Positions 29,429-40,292 of a DNA stretch of 64,000 bases are shown in pieces. The notes beneath the pieces are model-generated. The model was not told where the DNA came from, searched no databases, and worked only from the letters and a program-made list of their open reading frames with translations. Location of the stretch: positions 4,994 to 68,993 of the forward strand of contig CAZQIE010000005.1 in the NCBI GenBank assembly GCA_964593675.1, in the 5' to 3' direction. The DNA comes from an uncultured Opitutales bacterium (GTDB taxonomy: Bacteria; Verrucomicrobiota; Verrucomicrobiia; Opitutales; CAZQIE01). The position numbers and the translations under genes were made by a program. Each line of letters opens with the position of its first letter. Position 1 is the first letter of the stretch.

Positions 29429-30127
29429 CTATTGCAGCGGGTGCTCTTTTAAGAGCTCCGGAGCCGTCCACGGCGTGCTGCGGTTCGACGCCTTCCGCAA
29501 TGCCGCCACCTTTTCTTCGCCAACAGGCTCTCCACCGTTCCACGTTGCCCGAACATAGGACGCCACACCTGCGATATCCCTGTCCTTGAGGGCCGAGAAT
29601 GAAGGCATGCTCCCGTTATACTCACCGCCCTTTACCGTTATTGGGCCGGATAGGCCTGCCAGCAGAATCTTGATAAAGCGTTCTTCGGACCCCTTCACCC
29701 ACTCGGAATCCACGAGCGGCGGATATGTCCCGGGGAGCCCCTGGCCCGTAAGCTGATGGCATTGTGCGCAATTGTTTTTGAAAATGCGCTCCCCATGCTT
29801 CACGGGATCGAAAGCAACAGCCGTTGCCGCCCCGGCTTCTCCTTGGCCCGGCTTCCAACGCGGGTCTGTAATCGCCGGATTGAAGTCGCCGGAGTGGTTC
29901 GCGAAATAAATCCCGCCCCAGAACATCAGGCCCGCAAAAAGGAAAATGAGGAAGATGGGCGTAGGCGCAAACCCCTCCCGCGGCTCCTCCTTCTCGCGCA
30001 TGAGCTGCGTGTGCGTGGCCTGCATGGCGTCATCGGCAAACCCTGCGGGTTCAGCGGTCGGACGCAGCGGGGTGCGGCTCGTGTCAGACGGCCCGCCAGT
30101 GGCTGGTTGTTGAGGCTCTTCGCTCAT
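29429..30127 (-). CDS. Membrane-anchored monoheme cytochrome c (CcoP-like position)
   Basis: One TM helix (TPIFLIFLFAGLMFWGGIYF), single CAQCH, distal Met in GSMPSF; last gene of the operon. Confidence 0.88.
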   Translation of the reverse strand: MSEEPQQPATGGPSDTSRTPLRPTAEPAGFADDAMQATHTQLMREKEEPREGFAPTPIFLIFLFAGLMFWGGIYFANHSGDFNPAITDPRWKPGQGEAGAATAVAFDPVKHGERIFKNNCAQCHQLTGQGLPGTYPPLVDSEWVKGSEERFIKILLAGLSGPITVKGGEYNGSMPSFSALKDRDIAGVASYVRATWNGGEPVGEEKVAALRKASNRSTPWTAPELLKEHPLQ

Positions 30128-30163
30128 TTGCGCGCAACTCGGGGAAATTCGGAGGGGCTAAAT

Positions 30164-30793
30164 TTAGGGCTGGGCGAACTTCGACTCCGGCAGTTCGTAG
30201 TCCAGCCGCAGGCTCAGCAGGTAGGCAACGAGGGCGCGGGCCCGGTCCGTCGGCACCACCTCAAACCCAGCAGGCGGTCCCTTCTTGTAATCGGGGGGAA
30301 ATCGCAATGCTTCCGGAGACGAAATGTCGCGGACCTTCCGCGTTTCGAACAAATAGGCAAACGGCGGCATGATCGAGCCTTTGCTCGTGATCTGTGGATC
30401 GTAAAGGTGCAGGAGATGCCAGTCAGGCGTCGAGAGGCGCTGCCCCACGTTGGTGAGATCCGGTCCCGTGCGGGACGTGCCAAGCAGCACGCGGTCCTGC
30501 AGGATGTAATCACGCGGCACCGTGTTGCGGTCGCCCCACCCGCGCTCGAAATCCGCTCCGAACCCCTTCCGACGCACCTGCTGTGAATGACAGTAGACGC
30601 AACCTTCCGAGATATACACGGCCCGCCCCTGGGCGGCCACCCCGGGTATGGGCCTCGGATAGGCCTGTTCGCCCTCGGACAGCGCGGCGGGCTGTAAATT
30701 GCCGTATTGGATCTGACTGCTCAGCACCAGCCCCGTCCAGGACAGGGCGATCGTAAAGAAGATGCCGAAAAAGATGAGGGGCAGGTTCTTCAT
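30164..30793 (-). CDS. ccoO: cbb3-type cytochrome c oxidase subunit II
   Basis: [46 protein letters not shown] overlaps the ccoN stop (ATGA). Confidence 0.93.
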   Translation of the reverse strand: MKNLPLIFFGIFFTIALSWTGLVLSSQIQYGNLQPAALSEGEQAYPRPIPGVAAQGRAVYISEGCVYCHSQQVRRKGFGADFERGWGDRNTVPRDYILQDRVLLGTSRTGPDLTNVGQRLSTPDWHLLHLYDPQITSKGSIMPPFAYLFETRKVRDISSPEALRFPPDYKKGPPAGFEVVPTDRARALVAYLLSLRLDYELPESKFAQP

Positions 30794-32262
30794 GCCGCAC
30801 CTCCTGAAAGGTTCGTTGAAAACAGCGTGGGCCCGGTCCGCCCTTCCACACTCTTCTTTGATAGGAGCATCCAGAAGAAATTGATCGCAAAGGCGAGATG
30901 GCCGATGCCCATCATCGCGCCGCCCACGGAGCGGCTCACCAGCCACGGGACGAGGTTCTGCACAATCGTCAGGAAAGGCACTTCAGGGTTATTCAGCTCC
31001 AGCCCCTGCTGCCAGCCTCCCGCATGGAGCCCGATCATATAGATCATGATGCCCACAGCTGTACCGTAAAAATGGATACGGATGAGCGCCGCGGACGGCC
31101 ATTCGCGCAAGAGCAGCCGGGGCATCATGAAGTAGATGCTGCCGAACATGATCATCGTGAAGAAGGCGTAGGCGCCATGGTGCGCATGCGCGACCGTGAA
31201 CTGCGTGAAGTGCGTGATCACGTTTACCTCAGGCAACGCCATCGCAGACCCGGCCAGGCTGACGACCGTGTAGTTCATCGCGCCAAAAACGATGAAACGC
31301 AGGGTCGGGCTTGCCCACACCGCCTTGAAACTCCCCACCACCGTCATGTGATGGTTGATCGCGGTGATTACCACCGGCACCACCATCATCACGCTGGCAA
31401 CCGTGCCCGCAGCCTGCAGCCAGATCGGTATGGGGCCGCCAATCAGGTGATGCACCCCCGCCCAATTGTAGAACAGCGCAAGCGTCCAGAACCCGAGAAG
31501 CGACAGGTAGTAGCTGTAGATCGGCCGCCCGAGCACCTTCGGGATGAAATAATACGCGGCGGCCAGCGCCATCGGCGTCAGCCACAGGCCCAGAACGTTG
31601 TGCGCAAACCACCAGTTCGTGATCGCCTGCACCGTACCGCGCGCAGGTTCCCACAGGATCATCATCTGCGCCACCGTGTAGAGCCACGGAAACCAGAACA
31701 CCGCGCCAAGGATATACCACTGGGAAACGTAGACGTGGCCGGCCTGACGATGCTGGAACGTGACCACCGCCCACGCCCCCACCAGGGCGTAAGACAGCGC
31801 AAGGACCGGCGCAACCTGGGGCGGCATTTCCAGCCACTCAACGGACGTCAGGCCGCCGTCGAGTATGCCCAGCACGCCCCACGTAAGACCCGCATTATAG
31901 AACAGGCCGGCAAAATACAGGATGCCACCATGCCTGACCGGGGCCCGGCACAGGCGCGCCATGATCCACAAACCGACGGCGAAAATCGCGTTGTTCCCCC
32001 AGCCATAGGCGACGGCATTGAGGTGCGCCGAGCGCACGCGCCCGAAAGTCAGCCACTCGTGTGCTCCGAGGAAATTGGGGTTGTGCAGCTTGATCGACGC
32101 GATCATCGCCAGCAGCGACCCCACCAGGAGCCACAGGATGCCCGACGCCAGAAACAGCAGGGCAGGCCCCCGCAAGCTGCGGTCGATTTGAAAGAGCTGC
32201 ACCCGTTCCCGAGAGACGGTTGCGGCTTGAGGGTCAATGGAGGCTGAGGCCTGGGCGCTCAT
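30790..32262 (-). CDS. ccoN: cbb3-type (family C) heme-copper oxidase subunit I
   Basis: [30 protein letters not shown] (CuB histidines and helix-7 Tyr), AHAHHG heme ligands; multiple TM helices. Confidence 0.93.
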   Translation of the reverse strand: MSAQASASIDPQAATVSRERVQLFQIDRSLRGPALLFLASGILWLLVGSLLAMIASIKLHNPNFLGAHEWLTFGRVRSAHLNAVAYGWGNNAIFAVGLWIMARLCRAPVRHGGILYFAGLFYNAGLTWGVLGILDGGLTSVEWLEMPPQVAPVLALSYALVGAWAVVTFQHRQAGHVYVSQWYILGAVFWFPWLYTVAQMMILWEPARGTVQAITNWWFAHNVLGLWLTPMALAAAYYFIPKVLGRPIYSYYLSLLGFWTLALFYNWAGVHHLIGGPIPIWLQAAGTVASVMMVVPVVITAINHHMTVVGSFKAVWASPTLRFIVFGAMNYTVVSLAGSAMALPEVNVITHFTQFTVAHAHHGAYAFFTMIMFGSIYFMMPRLLLREWPSAALIRIHFYGTAVGIMIYMIGLHAGGWQQGLELNNPEVPFLTIVQNLVPWLVSRSVGGAMMGIGHLAFAINFFWMLLSKKSVEGRTGPTLFSTNLSGGAA

Positions 32263-32267
32263 GCAAA

Positions 32268-32495
32268 TTACGTTGTGCCGCCGGTTGGGTTCGCGGGCTT
32301 CTGTTTCTTACGGCCAGGAAAGAAATCAATCTGGCTCCCTGCGGGTTCGTCTTCAGAAAACACGCTCATCGCCCCGCGGTCGAGGTTTCTGAACTGCCCC
32401 GTGCGCTGCGCCCAAACGAAGGCGGCGACCACCGAGACGAAAAACAACACGCCCAGGCCAAAAATGATAATGAGATACAGGTTCCAGGTTTCCAT
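32268..32495 (-). CDS. ccoS: cbb3 oxidase assembly protein CcoS
   Basis: Single TM helix followed by WA…GQFRNLDRGAMSVF..DEP. Confidence 0.82.
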   Translation of the reverse strand: METWNLYLIIIFGLGVLFFVSVVAAFVWAQRTGQFRNLDRGAMSVFSEDEPAGSQIDFFPGRKKQKPANPTGGTT

Positions 32496-32507
32496 GGAGG
32501 AAGGCGC

Positions 32508-32852
32508 CTACGGCGCGGGCGCACGTTGCGGCTCGCTCGTGTCCGCTGCCATGCCTTGGCGGGCGACAATCAGGTTCATGGCCACCTCGACCGGTATGCG
32601 CACCGTGCCGGCCTTCTGGTCCACCCAAGCGTACGTCGTGGCCGCTTCGTCTTCCTTCGCACGCAACTCCTTCAGCACGTCCAGACGCTTCTGTATCGTG
32701 GCCCGATCCACCGGCGCAGGGCGGTTCGGGAGGTAAGCGATCACCAGGATCACCAGGAACAGGCCCATGCACGCGAGCGTGGCGAGGACGCTGATCGTAA
32801 GGTTCCGCGCCTTTGGTTCCGGCGCGTCATGGGCCTCATGCTCGTTACTCAT
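32508..32852 (-). CDS. actG: ActG-like alternative complex III subunit
   Basis: One TM helix plus YAWVDQKAGTVRIPVEVAM motif; start overlaps the actF stop by 8 nt. Confidence 0.65.
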   Translation of the reverse strand: MSNEHEAHDAPEPKARNLTISVLATLACMGLFLVILVIAYLPNRPAPVDRATIQKRLDVLKELRAKEDEAATTYAWVDQKAGTVRIPVEVAMNLIVARQGMAADTSEPQRAPAP

Positions 32853-34161
32853 GGTAATGGATGCTCTCCAGAATGCGGGGGTCGTGAATCGGTATGGGCT
32901 GGGCCTTGGGCACGCTGCGCAGGAACGCCCACACGCAGAGGCCTCCAAGCCCCACAATCGACGCAAGGTCCCAGACCGTGACGCTGAATTCCGTCACCCG
33001 GAACCCCATCGGCGCCATCGGGTCCGGCACACGCGAGGGCAGGATGTTGAAATAGAGGTCAACAATGTGGAAAACGAGAATCCAGGCGCTAATGAACAGG
33101 ATGCGGCCCGAGATGACCTTGTTCCGGTACCCAAGGAGGTACAGGAACGGGATGAGGAAGTAACCCAGGATCACCCCGTAGAGGCTTACCCACCACCATG
33201 AGTTCTTAGAGACGCCGTCGGCCCCGAATTCGCGGATGTTGTACCAGAACGTTTCCTCCGGGATGTTCGCGTTATAGATCAGGAAATACTGGGAGAAGCT
33301 GATATACGCCCAAAAGATCGTGAACGCCAGGCTCATGCACCCGAGCATATAGAGGTGCGGGCGGCCAAACAGCCCCCCTTTAAGGTGGCCGCGGGCAGCC
33401 AGGATCAGGCCCAGAATGACCGTCGCTGCAAGGCCCGCCCGGATAGACGTGGCGAAGAACCACACGCCATACATCGTCGAGAACCACTCGTAGGAGAGGC
33501 TCATGAACAGATCGAACGCGGCAAAGGTCGTCGCTAGGGCGCACAGGATGATCCCGGCAGCCGAAATCTTCCGCGCACGCAGGACCCAGCGGGTGTCGGG
33601 CTCCGTGTCCATGCGGAACGAGCAACGGCGCAACAGGGCCGACAGGCCGCAAAAGACCAGCGCGTAGAGCGCCACGCGGGCGGTGAAAAATTCCCGGTTC
33701 AGGTAGCTTTGCTTGTGCAGGTAGAGCGGGTCCTCCGCCACCGCGTGCCCCCCGGCCTTGACGGCATGGGGATCGAGCCACTTCCACAAAAGGCCTGCGT
33801 TTTCCTGCCCAAATACGCCCCAGCCCGTAAGCACCAGCGGCACGAGGGCGAGAAACAGCCACGGGAAGGCCGAAAGGGCGTGCTCAAGCTGACGGCGGAT
33901 CGTGATGGGCCAGCCGGCGTCGAAGATGTAGAACATCTGCACCAGGAAGATCATCCCGATGCCAATCGAGAACCAGAAACCAAAACCGAGCAACCAGCCG
34001 AAAAGCGGCCGGTTGTCGTGCTGCTGAAGCCCCAGGAAAAGCCCGAAGGTGCCGATCGCGAGCCCGATAAGCCCCACGACCAACGCGAGAATCCCGAGTT
34101 TTGAGCGCGTGTGGTTGCCCATCGCGTCAGAGGGGGCAGAAATGGCGGCGGATGAACTCAT
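32845..34161 (-). CDS. actF: Alternative complex III membrane subunit F
   Basis: About 10 TM helices; GW…RRQLE, DLFMSL…WFSTMYG, WAYISFSQYFLIYNANIPEET.WY. Confidence 0.9.
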   Translation of the reverse strand: MSSSAAISAPSDAMGNHTRSKLGILALVVGLIGLAIGTFGLFLGLQQHDNRPLFGWLLGFGFWFSIGIGMIFLVQMFYIFDAGWPITIRRQLEHALSAFPWLFLALVPLVLTGWGVFGQENAGLLWKWLDPHAVKAGGHAVAEDPLYLHKQSYLNREFFTARVALYALVFCGLSALLRRCSFRMDTEPDTRWVLRARKISAAGIILCALATTFAAFDLFMSLSYEWFSTMYGVWFFATSIRAGLAATVILGLILAARGHLKGGLFGRPHLYMLGCMSLAFTIFWAYISFSQYFLIYNANIPEETFWYNIREFGADGVSKNSWWWVSLYGVILGYFLIPFLYLLGYRNKVISGRILFISAWILVFHIVDLYFNILPSRVPDPMAPMGFRVTEFSVTVWDLASIVGLGGLCVWAFLRSVPKAQPIPIHDPRILESIHYHE

Positions 34162-34814
34162 AGCCCAAGCTTTGCACGTTGGTCGGCCGGCACGTCCGTT
34201 ACTTTCGCGTTCTGCGAAAGCTGGAGCGCGCGCAGGTAGGCGATCACAGCCCAGCGTTCCTCAGGCTGGAGCTTGTCGCCATACGGGTTCATGGTGTTGC
34301 GGCCGTTTGTGATGACGTTGAAAATCTCGCCTTCAGGCATCACGCGGAGGCGGTCCTGATGGTAGGTGGGCGTCGCCAACATCCCATACTGCTTGGTGAT
34401 CCCGTTGCCGTCCCCCACCGCACCGTGGCACACCGCGCAGTAGATGTTGAACTTCTCGCGTCCCAGCGCCATCAACCGGTTGTCCACGGGAACAGGGTAG
34501 CCGCGGTAAAAGGAGCCATCCGGAGCCTTGCCGGAAAACAGGGCCGGATTGCGCGAGGGCGCATGGACAAAGTCCGCCGAGAAGACCGGCTTCATGTCCC
34601 AGCCGTAACCACGCAGGACGGTGCCGCCGGGGACAGGCCGGTCGTTCATACCGTCCTGGAAAAAGTTGTTTGAAGCCTGCGGGTTGTACCGGGGCTGGTA
34701 GTCCATATCGGGGAACACCATCAGCGGCGGCTTTTCACTTTTTGCGCCACGGAAGCCGGCGATCGAAACGACCGTTACGATCAGGAGCGCAAGAAACAGC
34801 AGAAAGTAGCGCAT
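34158..34814 (-). CDS. actE: Alternative complex III monoheme cytochrome c subunit E
   Basis: DMDYQPRYNPQ, RPVPGGTVLRG, CAVCHG, GEIFNVITNG…MNPYG…ERWAVIAYLRALQ. Confidence 0.9.
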   Translation of the reverse strand: MRYFLLFLALLIVTVVSIAGFRGAKSEKPPLMVFPDMDYQPRYNPQASNNFFQDGMNDRPVPGGTVLRGYGWDMKPVFSADFVHAPSRNPALFSGKAPDGSFYRGYPVPVDNRLMALGREKFNIYCAVCHGAVGDGNGITKQYGMLATPTYHQDRLRVMPEGEIFNVITNGRNTMNPYGDKLQPEERWAVIAYLRALQLSQNAKVTDVPADQRAKLGL

Positions 34815-34815
34815 G

Positions 34816-35358
34816 TTACTTTTCCACAGGCGTTATGTCGCGGCCCCCGAGGGTCTCGAGGAAAGCGCGGGTTTTTTCGGGATCAAACTTCGGGTCCGCA
34901 GTCTCAATCACGATGAAGAACGTATCGTCCGACGCCCGCGAGAACCGCTCGTTGTTGAAGACGGGGTGGTAGTGCTGCGGCAGGAAGTTGGTGAGGAACT
35001 GGCCAAAGAAAGTGCCGAACGCGGCGAGGAGAATCGTGAGCTCATAGAAGACCGGGAACGGGAAGATCGGGCTCCAGTACGGCTTGCCACCGACGATGAG
35101 CGGGTAGTCGTAGGCGTTCATATACCAGGTGATCAGCAGGCCCGTGCAAAAGCCCGTCAGGCCACCGAGAAGCGTCAGGCGCGGCACTTTCGAGCGCGTC
35201 AGGCCCATGGCAGCGTCCATGCCGTGCACCGGGAAGGGCGTGAAGACATCCCAGCGTGTATAGCCGGCGTCACGCACCTTTTCCGCGGCCTGGTAGCACG
35301 CCGGTGTGGTGTCGAAGGCGACCATGAGGCCGAAGGTGGGAGGGGTCGTGTCAGGCAT
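34816..35358 (-). CDS. actD: Alternative complex III subunit D (DUF3341)
   Basis: [26 protein letters not shown]…[18 protein letters not shown]. Confidence 0.9.
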   Translation of the reverse strand: MPDTTPPTFGLMVAFDTTPACYQAAEKVRDAGYTRWDVFTPFPVHGMDAAMGLTRSKVPRLTLLGGLTGFCTGLLITWYMNAYDYPLIVGGKPYWSPIFPFPVFYELTILLAAFGTFFGQFLTNFLPQHYHPVFNNERFSRASDDTFFIVIETADPKFDPEKTRAFLETLGGRDITPVEK

Positions 35359-35370
35359 CGTTCGCGCGTC

Positions 35371-36843
35371 CTAGTGTGCGGGTTGATGGCCTTCGCGGCT
35401 GGGCCCATGGCCGGCTTCTGTTTGGGAACCGCCGTGCCCGTGGGCACTCGCCTGCGGCGTCACCGCCTTGAGTTCGGCAATGGGCATAAGGGGCAGGAAC
35501 TTCAGGAACAACAGGAACAGGACCGAGAAGAACCCGAACGTTCCGAAAAAGGTGAAGATGTCGACCACCGTGGGCGAATAGTAACCCCAAGCCGACGGCA
35601 AAAAGTCGTTCGCCAGCGACGTGACGGTGATCACGAAACGCTCAAACCACATGCCGATGTTCACGAAAATCGAGATGACCCACACAAGCGCCGGGTTCTC
35701 GCGCACACGCTTGAACCAGAAAAGCTGCGGGCTGATTACGTTGCAGCTAACCATGATCCAGTAAGCCCACGCGTACTGGCCGAAGGCGCGGTTGATGAAA
35801 GCGAAGCCCTCAAACGGGTTGGCACCATACCACGCGATGAAAAACTCCATCGCGTACGCGTAGCCCACCATCGAACCCGTCGCCAACGTGATCTTGCACA
35901 TGCAGTCGATGTGGTACTGCGTGATCAAGTCGTGCAGCCGGTACACCGCCCGCAGCGGCAGCATGAGCGTCAGCACCATCCCGAAGCCCGAGAAGATCGC
36001 GCCAGCAACGAAGTACGGCGGGAAAATCGTCGTGTGCCAGCCTGGCAGTTGTGACGCCGCGAAGTCGAACGACACGATCGTGTGCACCGAAAGCACCAGG
36101 GGGGTCGAAAGGCCCGCCAGGAGCAGGTAGGCCATTTCGTAGTTGCGCCAATGGCGGTTCGAGTTGCGCCACCCCATCGACAGGATGCCGTAGAAGTATT
36201 TCCGCCAGACCGCCTTCGCGCGATCACGCAGCGTGGCGAGATCCGGCACCATGCCCATGTACCAAAACAGGAGCGACACCGTGAAGTACGTGGACACCGC
36301 AAACACGTCCCACTCCAGCGGGCTGCGGAACTGCGGCCAGATGGTGTTCCAGTTCGGCAGCGGGAACAGCCACCACCCGAACCACACACGACCGATGTGG
36401 AAGAGCGGGAAGATACCCGCGCAGCACACGGCGAAAATCGTCATAGCCTCCGCCGTTCGATTGATCGACGTGCGCCACTTCTGCCGCAACAGGCACAAGA
36501 TCGCGGAAATCAGCGTGCCCGCGTGGCCTATACCGATCCAGAACACGAAGTTCACAATCGCCCAGCCCCAGAACACCGGCGTGTTCAGGCCCCAGACCCC
36601 CACGCCGGTGGACACCTGATAGGCCAGGCCGATGCCCGTGAACGACGCAATGCTGAGCGCCAGGAAGAACAGGATCCACCACCACCGCGGAGCCGGGTCT
36701 TCGACGATCCGGCACACCTTTTCCGTTATCCAGTGAAAGGACCGGTTGTTTGCGACGAGCACGCGCCGCGGCATCGACACAGGCTTCACCTTGTCGAGGA
36801 CTGCCGGGCGCGGCAGCGCCGATTCTTGCGAGGACATCGCCAT
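35371..36843 (-). CDS. actC: Alternative complex III subunit C (NrfD/polysulfide reductase family)
   Basis: [77 protein letters not shown]. Confidence 0.95.
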   Translation of the reverse strand: MAMSSQESALPRPAVLDKVKPVSMPRRVLVANNRSFHWITEKVCRIVEDPAPRWWWILFFLALSIASFTGIGLAYQVSTGVGVWGLNTPVFWGWAIVNFVFWIGIGHAGTLISAILCLLRQKWRTSINRTAEAMTIFAVCCAGIFPLFHIGRVWFGWWLFPLPNWNTIWPQFRSPLEWDVFAVSTYFTVSLLFWYMGMVPDLATLRDRAKAVWRKYFYGILSMGWRNSNRHWRNYEMAYLLLAGLSTPLVLSVHTIVSFDFAASQLPGWHTTIFPPYFVAGAIFSGFGMVLTLMLPLRAVYRLHDLITQYHIDCMCKITLATGSMVGYAYAMEFFIAWYGANPFEGFAFINRAFGQYAWAYWIMVSCNVISPQLFWFKRVRENPALVWVISIFVNIGMWFERFVITVTSLANDFLPSAWGYYSPTVVDIFTFFGTFGFFSVLFLLFLKFLPLMPIAELKAVTPQASAHGHGGSQTEAGHGPSREGHQPAH

Positions 36844-36857
36844 GTTTGCGCGTTAAG

Positions 36858-39800
36858 CTAGTGTTTTGTTCCGTTGGGCGCGTGAGCCGGACCGTGACCG
36901 CCTTCCGGCGTCGGTTGGCCCTGCGTGCCATGCGCGGCTCCGTGACCGGCCTTTCGGTCATACTCGGCGCGGCTGAGCGGTTGGGCCGTGTAGTCCGGCA
37001 TGGCCGGGTTCGGATTACGCAGACGGGCGAGGTACGTCACACGCGGGCGCGTGTTCAAATACCCGAGCACCGAGTAATCGCGGTCCGACTGCTTGATGCG
37101 GTAAACTTCGCTCGTCGTGTCCGTTATGTCCCCGAACACGATGGCCCCCGCAGGGCAGGACTGCTGGCACGCCGTCTTGATCGTCCCGTCCGGAACGTGG
37201 ACGTTGCCCGAGTCCTTCGCCTTGACGCGCTGGTTGATCCGGCCTTCCTCGACGCGCTGGACGCAGAACGTGCATTTCTCCATCACGCCGCGCATGCGGA
37301 CGGTGACGTCCGGATTGCGCTGCATCTTCGGTAGCTCGCCCGAGGGCAGCTTGTAGTTGTCCGGACCCAGCGGGCCTTCGTAGAAGTGGCCGGGCTGGCG
37401 CTTGTTCCAATCAAAGAAGTTAAAGCGACGGACCTTATAGGGGCAGTTGTTCGCGCAGTAGCGCGTGCCCACACACCGGTTATAGGCCATCGTGTTGATG
37501 CCCATCTCGTCGTGGACAGTCGCGTTCACCGGGCAGACATACTCGCACGGCGCGATCTCGCAGTGCTGGCACAGCATGGCCTGGAAGACGACTTGCGGGT
37601 CCTCCGGAATATCCCGCGTGTCTTCCGACGCGCTTGAAAAATAGCGGTCGATGCGGAGCCAGTGCATCTCGCGACCGCGCAGCACCTGGTCTTTGCCGAC
37701 GATCGGCACGTTGTTCTCGCTCTGGCAGGCGACGACGCACGCGTTGCAGCCGATGCACGTGTTGAGGTCGATGCTCATGCCCCACTGTTGGGGCGGCACC
37801 CATTGCTCCGCGGCGCCCGGCTGGTTCCACACGGCCACGTTCGGCGCCGGCGCACCGAAATCGGGCGTCTTGAAGGCGGAATTCCCGCGCGGGATGGTCA
37901 GCGCCTTCTGCTCCATGGACAAGCCCTGCTGCGCGCCGTAAATGGGCGGCGAATGGCTCTCCACACCCATCTTTTTCGCGAAATCCGGGTGCTTCTGGTA
38001 ATCGTCAACATTCGCCTCGCGCACGATATCCCGGCCTTCCATCGACCAGTGCATCTGCGTGTTCGCGAGCGCGAAGGTTCCGCCGGTAAGGCGCAACTTC
38101 GCTCCCGTGGCAAACGCGGTCGAAGCCGACGTGCGCAGGGGGTAAGCCGAGAAGCCAGCGCCCTCCCCTACCCGCCCCACGGTCGCCCGGCCATAGCCGA
38201 GTGCGATCACCACCGTGTAGTCCGGCAGCCCCGGCATCACGCTCAGCGGGCCACGGACGGTGCGGCCGTTGACGGAAAGCTCGCCCACCTTTGCAAGCTC
38301 ATGGTTCTTTTCGGACTGCGCCATCGGCGCGTGGAGCTGCTGCTTCTCCACAAGGAAACCCGGCTCCGGTATGATCCCAAGCTCGCGGCCCAGTTTCGGG
38401 CTCACGAGGATCGCGTTATCCCAGGAAAGGCGCGTCATCGGGTCCGGCACTTCCTGCATCCACCCGTTGTTCGCAAAGCGGCCATCCCACGTGTGCAGGC
38501 TCGGCACCAGCCGAACCTCCAGCGCCTGGGCTGACACCGCGGGAACTTCGGGCGCGACCGGCTGCTGGCTCAGCACAGCCAGGAGCGCAGGCGCGGCGAG
38601 GCGCGCTTCCGGGTATTCTGTATTCGGCCAGACGCCTTCTGCGAGCCAGGTCTCAAAGTCCGCCCCCGAACCCTTTGCCTGCGCCTGAAAGGTTTCGCGT
38701 ACGATCGCGTACGGGTCGGGGTTTGTCTCTCCCGCGAGCCGGGCCAGCACTTCCAGTTCGCTCTGACCGTCGAAGAGCGGCAGGATCATCGGCTGCACCG
38801 GCACGTACACGCCGTCAAAGGTGCGGCCGTCGCCCCAGCTCTCAAGGTAATGCGTAGCGGCAAGGAAGACGTGCGCCGCCGCGGAGGTCTCGTCCGCCCG
38901 GAACCCATAGTAGCCGTGACGGATGACTTGCGGCAACTTCTTCAGCACTTCCGCGAACGCGAGATCCGCGGGCGCGTCGTAAACGGGATTTCCGCCCAGA
39001 ACGACGAGCGTGCGCACAGTCCCCCGGTTTGCGGCGTCCACGAGGTCGCGCAGCGACGCCGGTTCCGGCTCGTCCGTTACGCGCACGTACGACACCGTCT
39101 GCCCCTGGCCGCCCAGCGCGACGTTCATCGCGTGGACGAGGATCTGGACTTCCTCCGGCAGGTGCGAGCCCGCCACCACGACCGAGGCGCCCCGGTTCGC
39201 CAGCAGGTCCCGCGCGCATTCCACCACCCACTTCGGGTTGCCGCCCGCGGCACGCGCACGGTCCCGCAGGTGGGAAATAAGCGTGGAATCGCCCCCCGTG
39301 CCAGCCAGGATCTCCGCGGCAAAGAAGCATGCAAGCGCCGGAAGGCGGCTCGCCGCGATGCGCAGGCGGTGGTCCGCGTTCGAGCCGGTGACCGAGAACG
39401 TGCTTTCCGCCACGTAGAGACGGCTCATCTGGTCCGCCTCCTTCGCGTTCAGGATGCGGCGGCTGTCGGCATACCCCCGTGCGTACGCAAGGGCGCCCGC
39501 CTCGGCGCTCAGGAAGTCGGCGTCGAGCGACAAAATGCGCTTCGCCTTCCCAAAATGGTAAATTGGGCGCAACCGGCCATTGCCAAGCTTTGCCAGCGCA
39601 CGCTCCGGCCCCGCCAGATCCACAGGCGTGTACTCGGCATACAAAAGCTCCGGAAACCGCCGCCGCAAGGCCTGGAGCAAACGGGCACGGGACGGCGACG
39701 AACTCGGCTCCACGAGGATGGCGAGCCCGCGGCCCCGTTCGCCCTCAAACGTGCGCCCGAGTGTCGCGAGGAGGTCCGCAACAGCCGCGCGGTTCAATGC

Positions 39801-40289
39801 GGCGCCCGTCCTGTCCGCGCTGCCAGCCGCACGGTCGGGATCGTAAAGGTCGAGGATGCTCGCCTGCGTAAACGCGTCCGTTGTGCCCGCAAAAGGCCGG
39901 TAACTCGGGTTGCCCTCAACCTTCGTGGGCCGGGCCTGATGCGTCTCAACGACGAGCGGGATATGCTCGTGTGGCCCCGGCCGCGACGTCGCGTAGTACA
40001 TCGGCACGCCCGGAACCACCCTCTCCGGCTGCTTCCCGTAAGGGAGGATCTTCGATTCCGGCTGGCGGCAACCGGCGAGGCCCAGGCCCGCGAGCCCGAA
40101 CGACGCCGCCATGATCTTCACGAACTGGCGACGGTTCACGCCTTCCAGTTCCGACGCTCCGGCGGGAAACTCCCGGTGCAGCCATTCCTTAAACTCGGGC
40201 GTCTCGGACAACTCATCCAGACTGCGCCAGTATTTCGGACCGGTTACGTGATCAGGACCGGGTTCGGGATGTTCAAACTTGCGCTTCAT
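36858..40289 (-). CDS. actB: Alternative complex III subunit B (Tat-exported molybdopterin-oxidoreductase-like domain plus Fe-S domain)
   Basis: YWRSLDEL…REFP extended leader, Tat motif NRRQFVK, lipobox LAGC, Fe-S motifs CIGCNACVVAC, CQHC..APC..VCP, CVGTRYCANNCP, CTFC…CQQSCP. Confidence 0.95.
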   Translation of the reverse strand: MKRKFEHPEPGPDHVTGPKYWRSLDELSETPEFKEWLHREFPAGASELEGVNRRQFVKIMAASFGLAGLGLAGCRQPESKILPYGKQPERVVPGVPMYYATSRPGPHEHIPLVVETHQARPTKVEGNPSYRPFAGTTDAFTQASILDLYDPDRAAGSADRTGAALNRAAVADLLATLGRTFEGERGRGLAILVEPSSSPSRARLLQALRRRFPELLYAEYTPVDLAGPERALAKLGNGRLRPIYHFGKAKRILSLDADFLSAEAGALAYARGYADSRRILNAKEADQMSRLYVAESTFSVTGSNADHRLRIAASRLPALACFFAAEILAGTGGDSTLISHLRDRARAAGGNPKWVVECARDLLANRGASVVVAGSHLPEEVQILVHAMNVALGGQGQTVSYVRVTDEPEPASLRDLVDAANRGTVRTLVVLGGNPVYDAPADLAFAEVLKKLPQVIRHGYYGFRADETSAAAHVFLAATHYLESWGDGRTFDGVYVPVQPMILPLFDGQSELEVLARLAGETNPDPYAIVRETFQAQAKGSGADFETWLAEGVWPNTEYPEARLAAPALLAVLSQQPVAPEVPAVSAQALEVRLVPSLHTWDGRFANNGWMQEVPDPMTRLSWDNAILVSPKLGRELGIIPEPGFLVEKQQLHAPMAQSEKNHELAKVGELSVNGRTVRGPLSVMPGLPDYTVVIALGYGRATVGRVGEGAGFSAYPLRTSASTAFATGAKLRLTGGTFALANTQMHWSMEGRDIVREANVDDYQKHPDFAKKMGVESHSPPIYGAQQGLSMEQKALTIPRGNSAFKTPDFGAPAPNVAVWNQPGAAEQWVPPQQWGMSIDLNTCIGCNACVVACQSENNVPIVGKDQVLRGREMHWLRIDRYFSSASEDTRDIPEDPQVVFQAMLCQHCEIAPCEYVCPVNATVHDEMGINTMAYNRCVGTRYCANNCPYKVRRFNFFDWNKRQPGHFYEGPLGPDNYKLPSGELPKMQRNPDVTVRMRGVMEKCTFCVQRVEEGRINQRVKAKDSGNVHVPDGTIKTACQQSCPAGAIVFGDITDTTSEVYRIKQSDRDYSVLGYLNTRPRVTYLARLRNPNPAMPDYTAQPLSRAEYDRKAGHGAAHGTQGQPTPEGGHGPAHAPNGTKH

Positions 40290-40292
40290 GGG

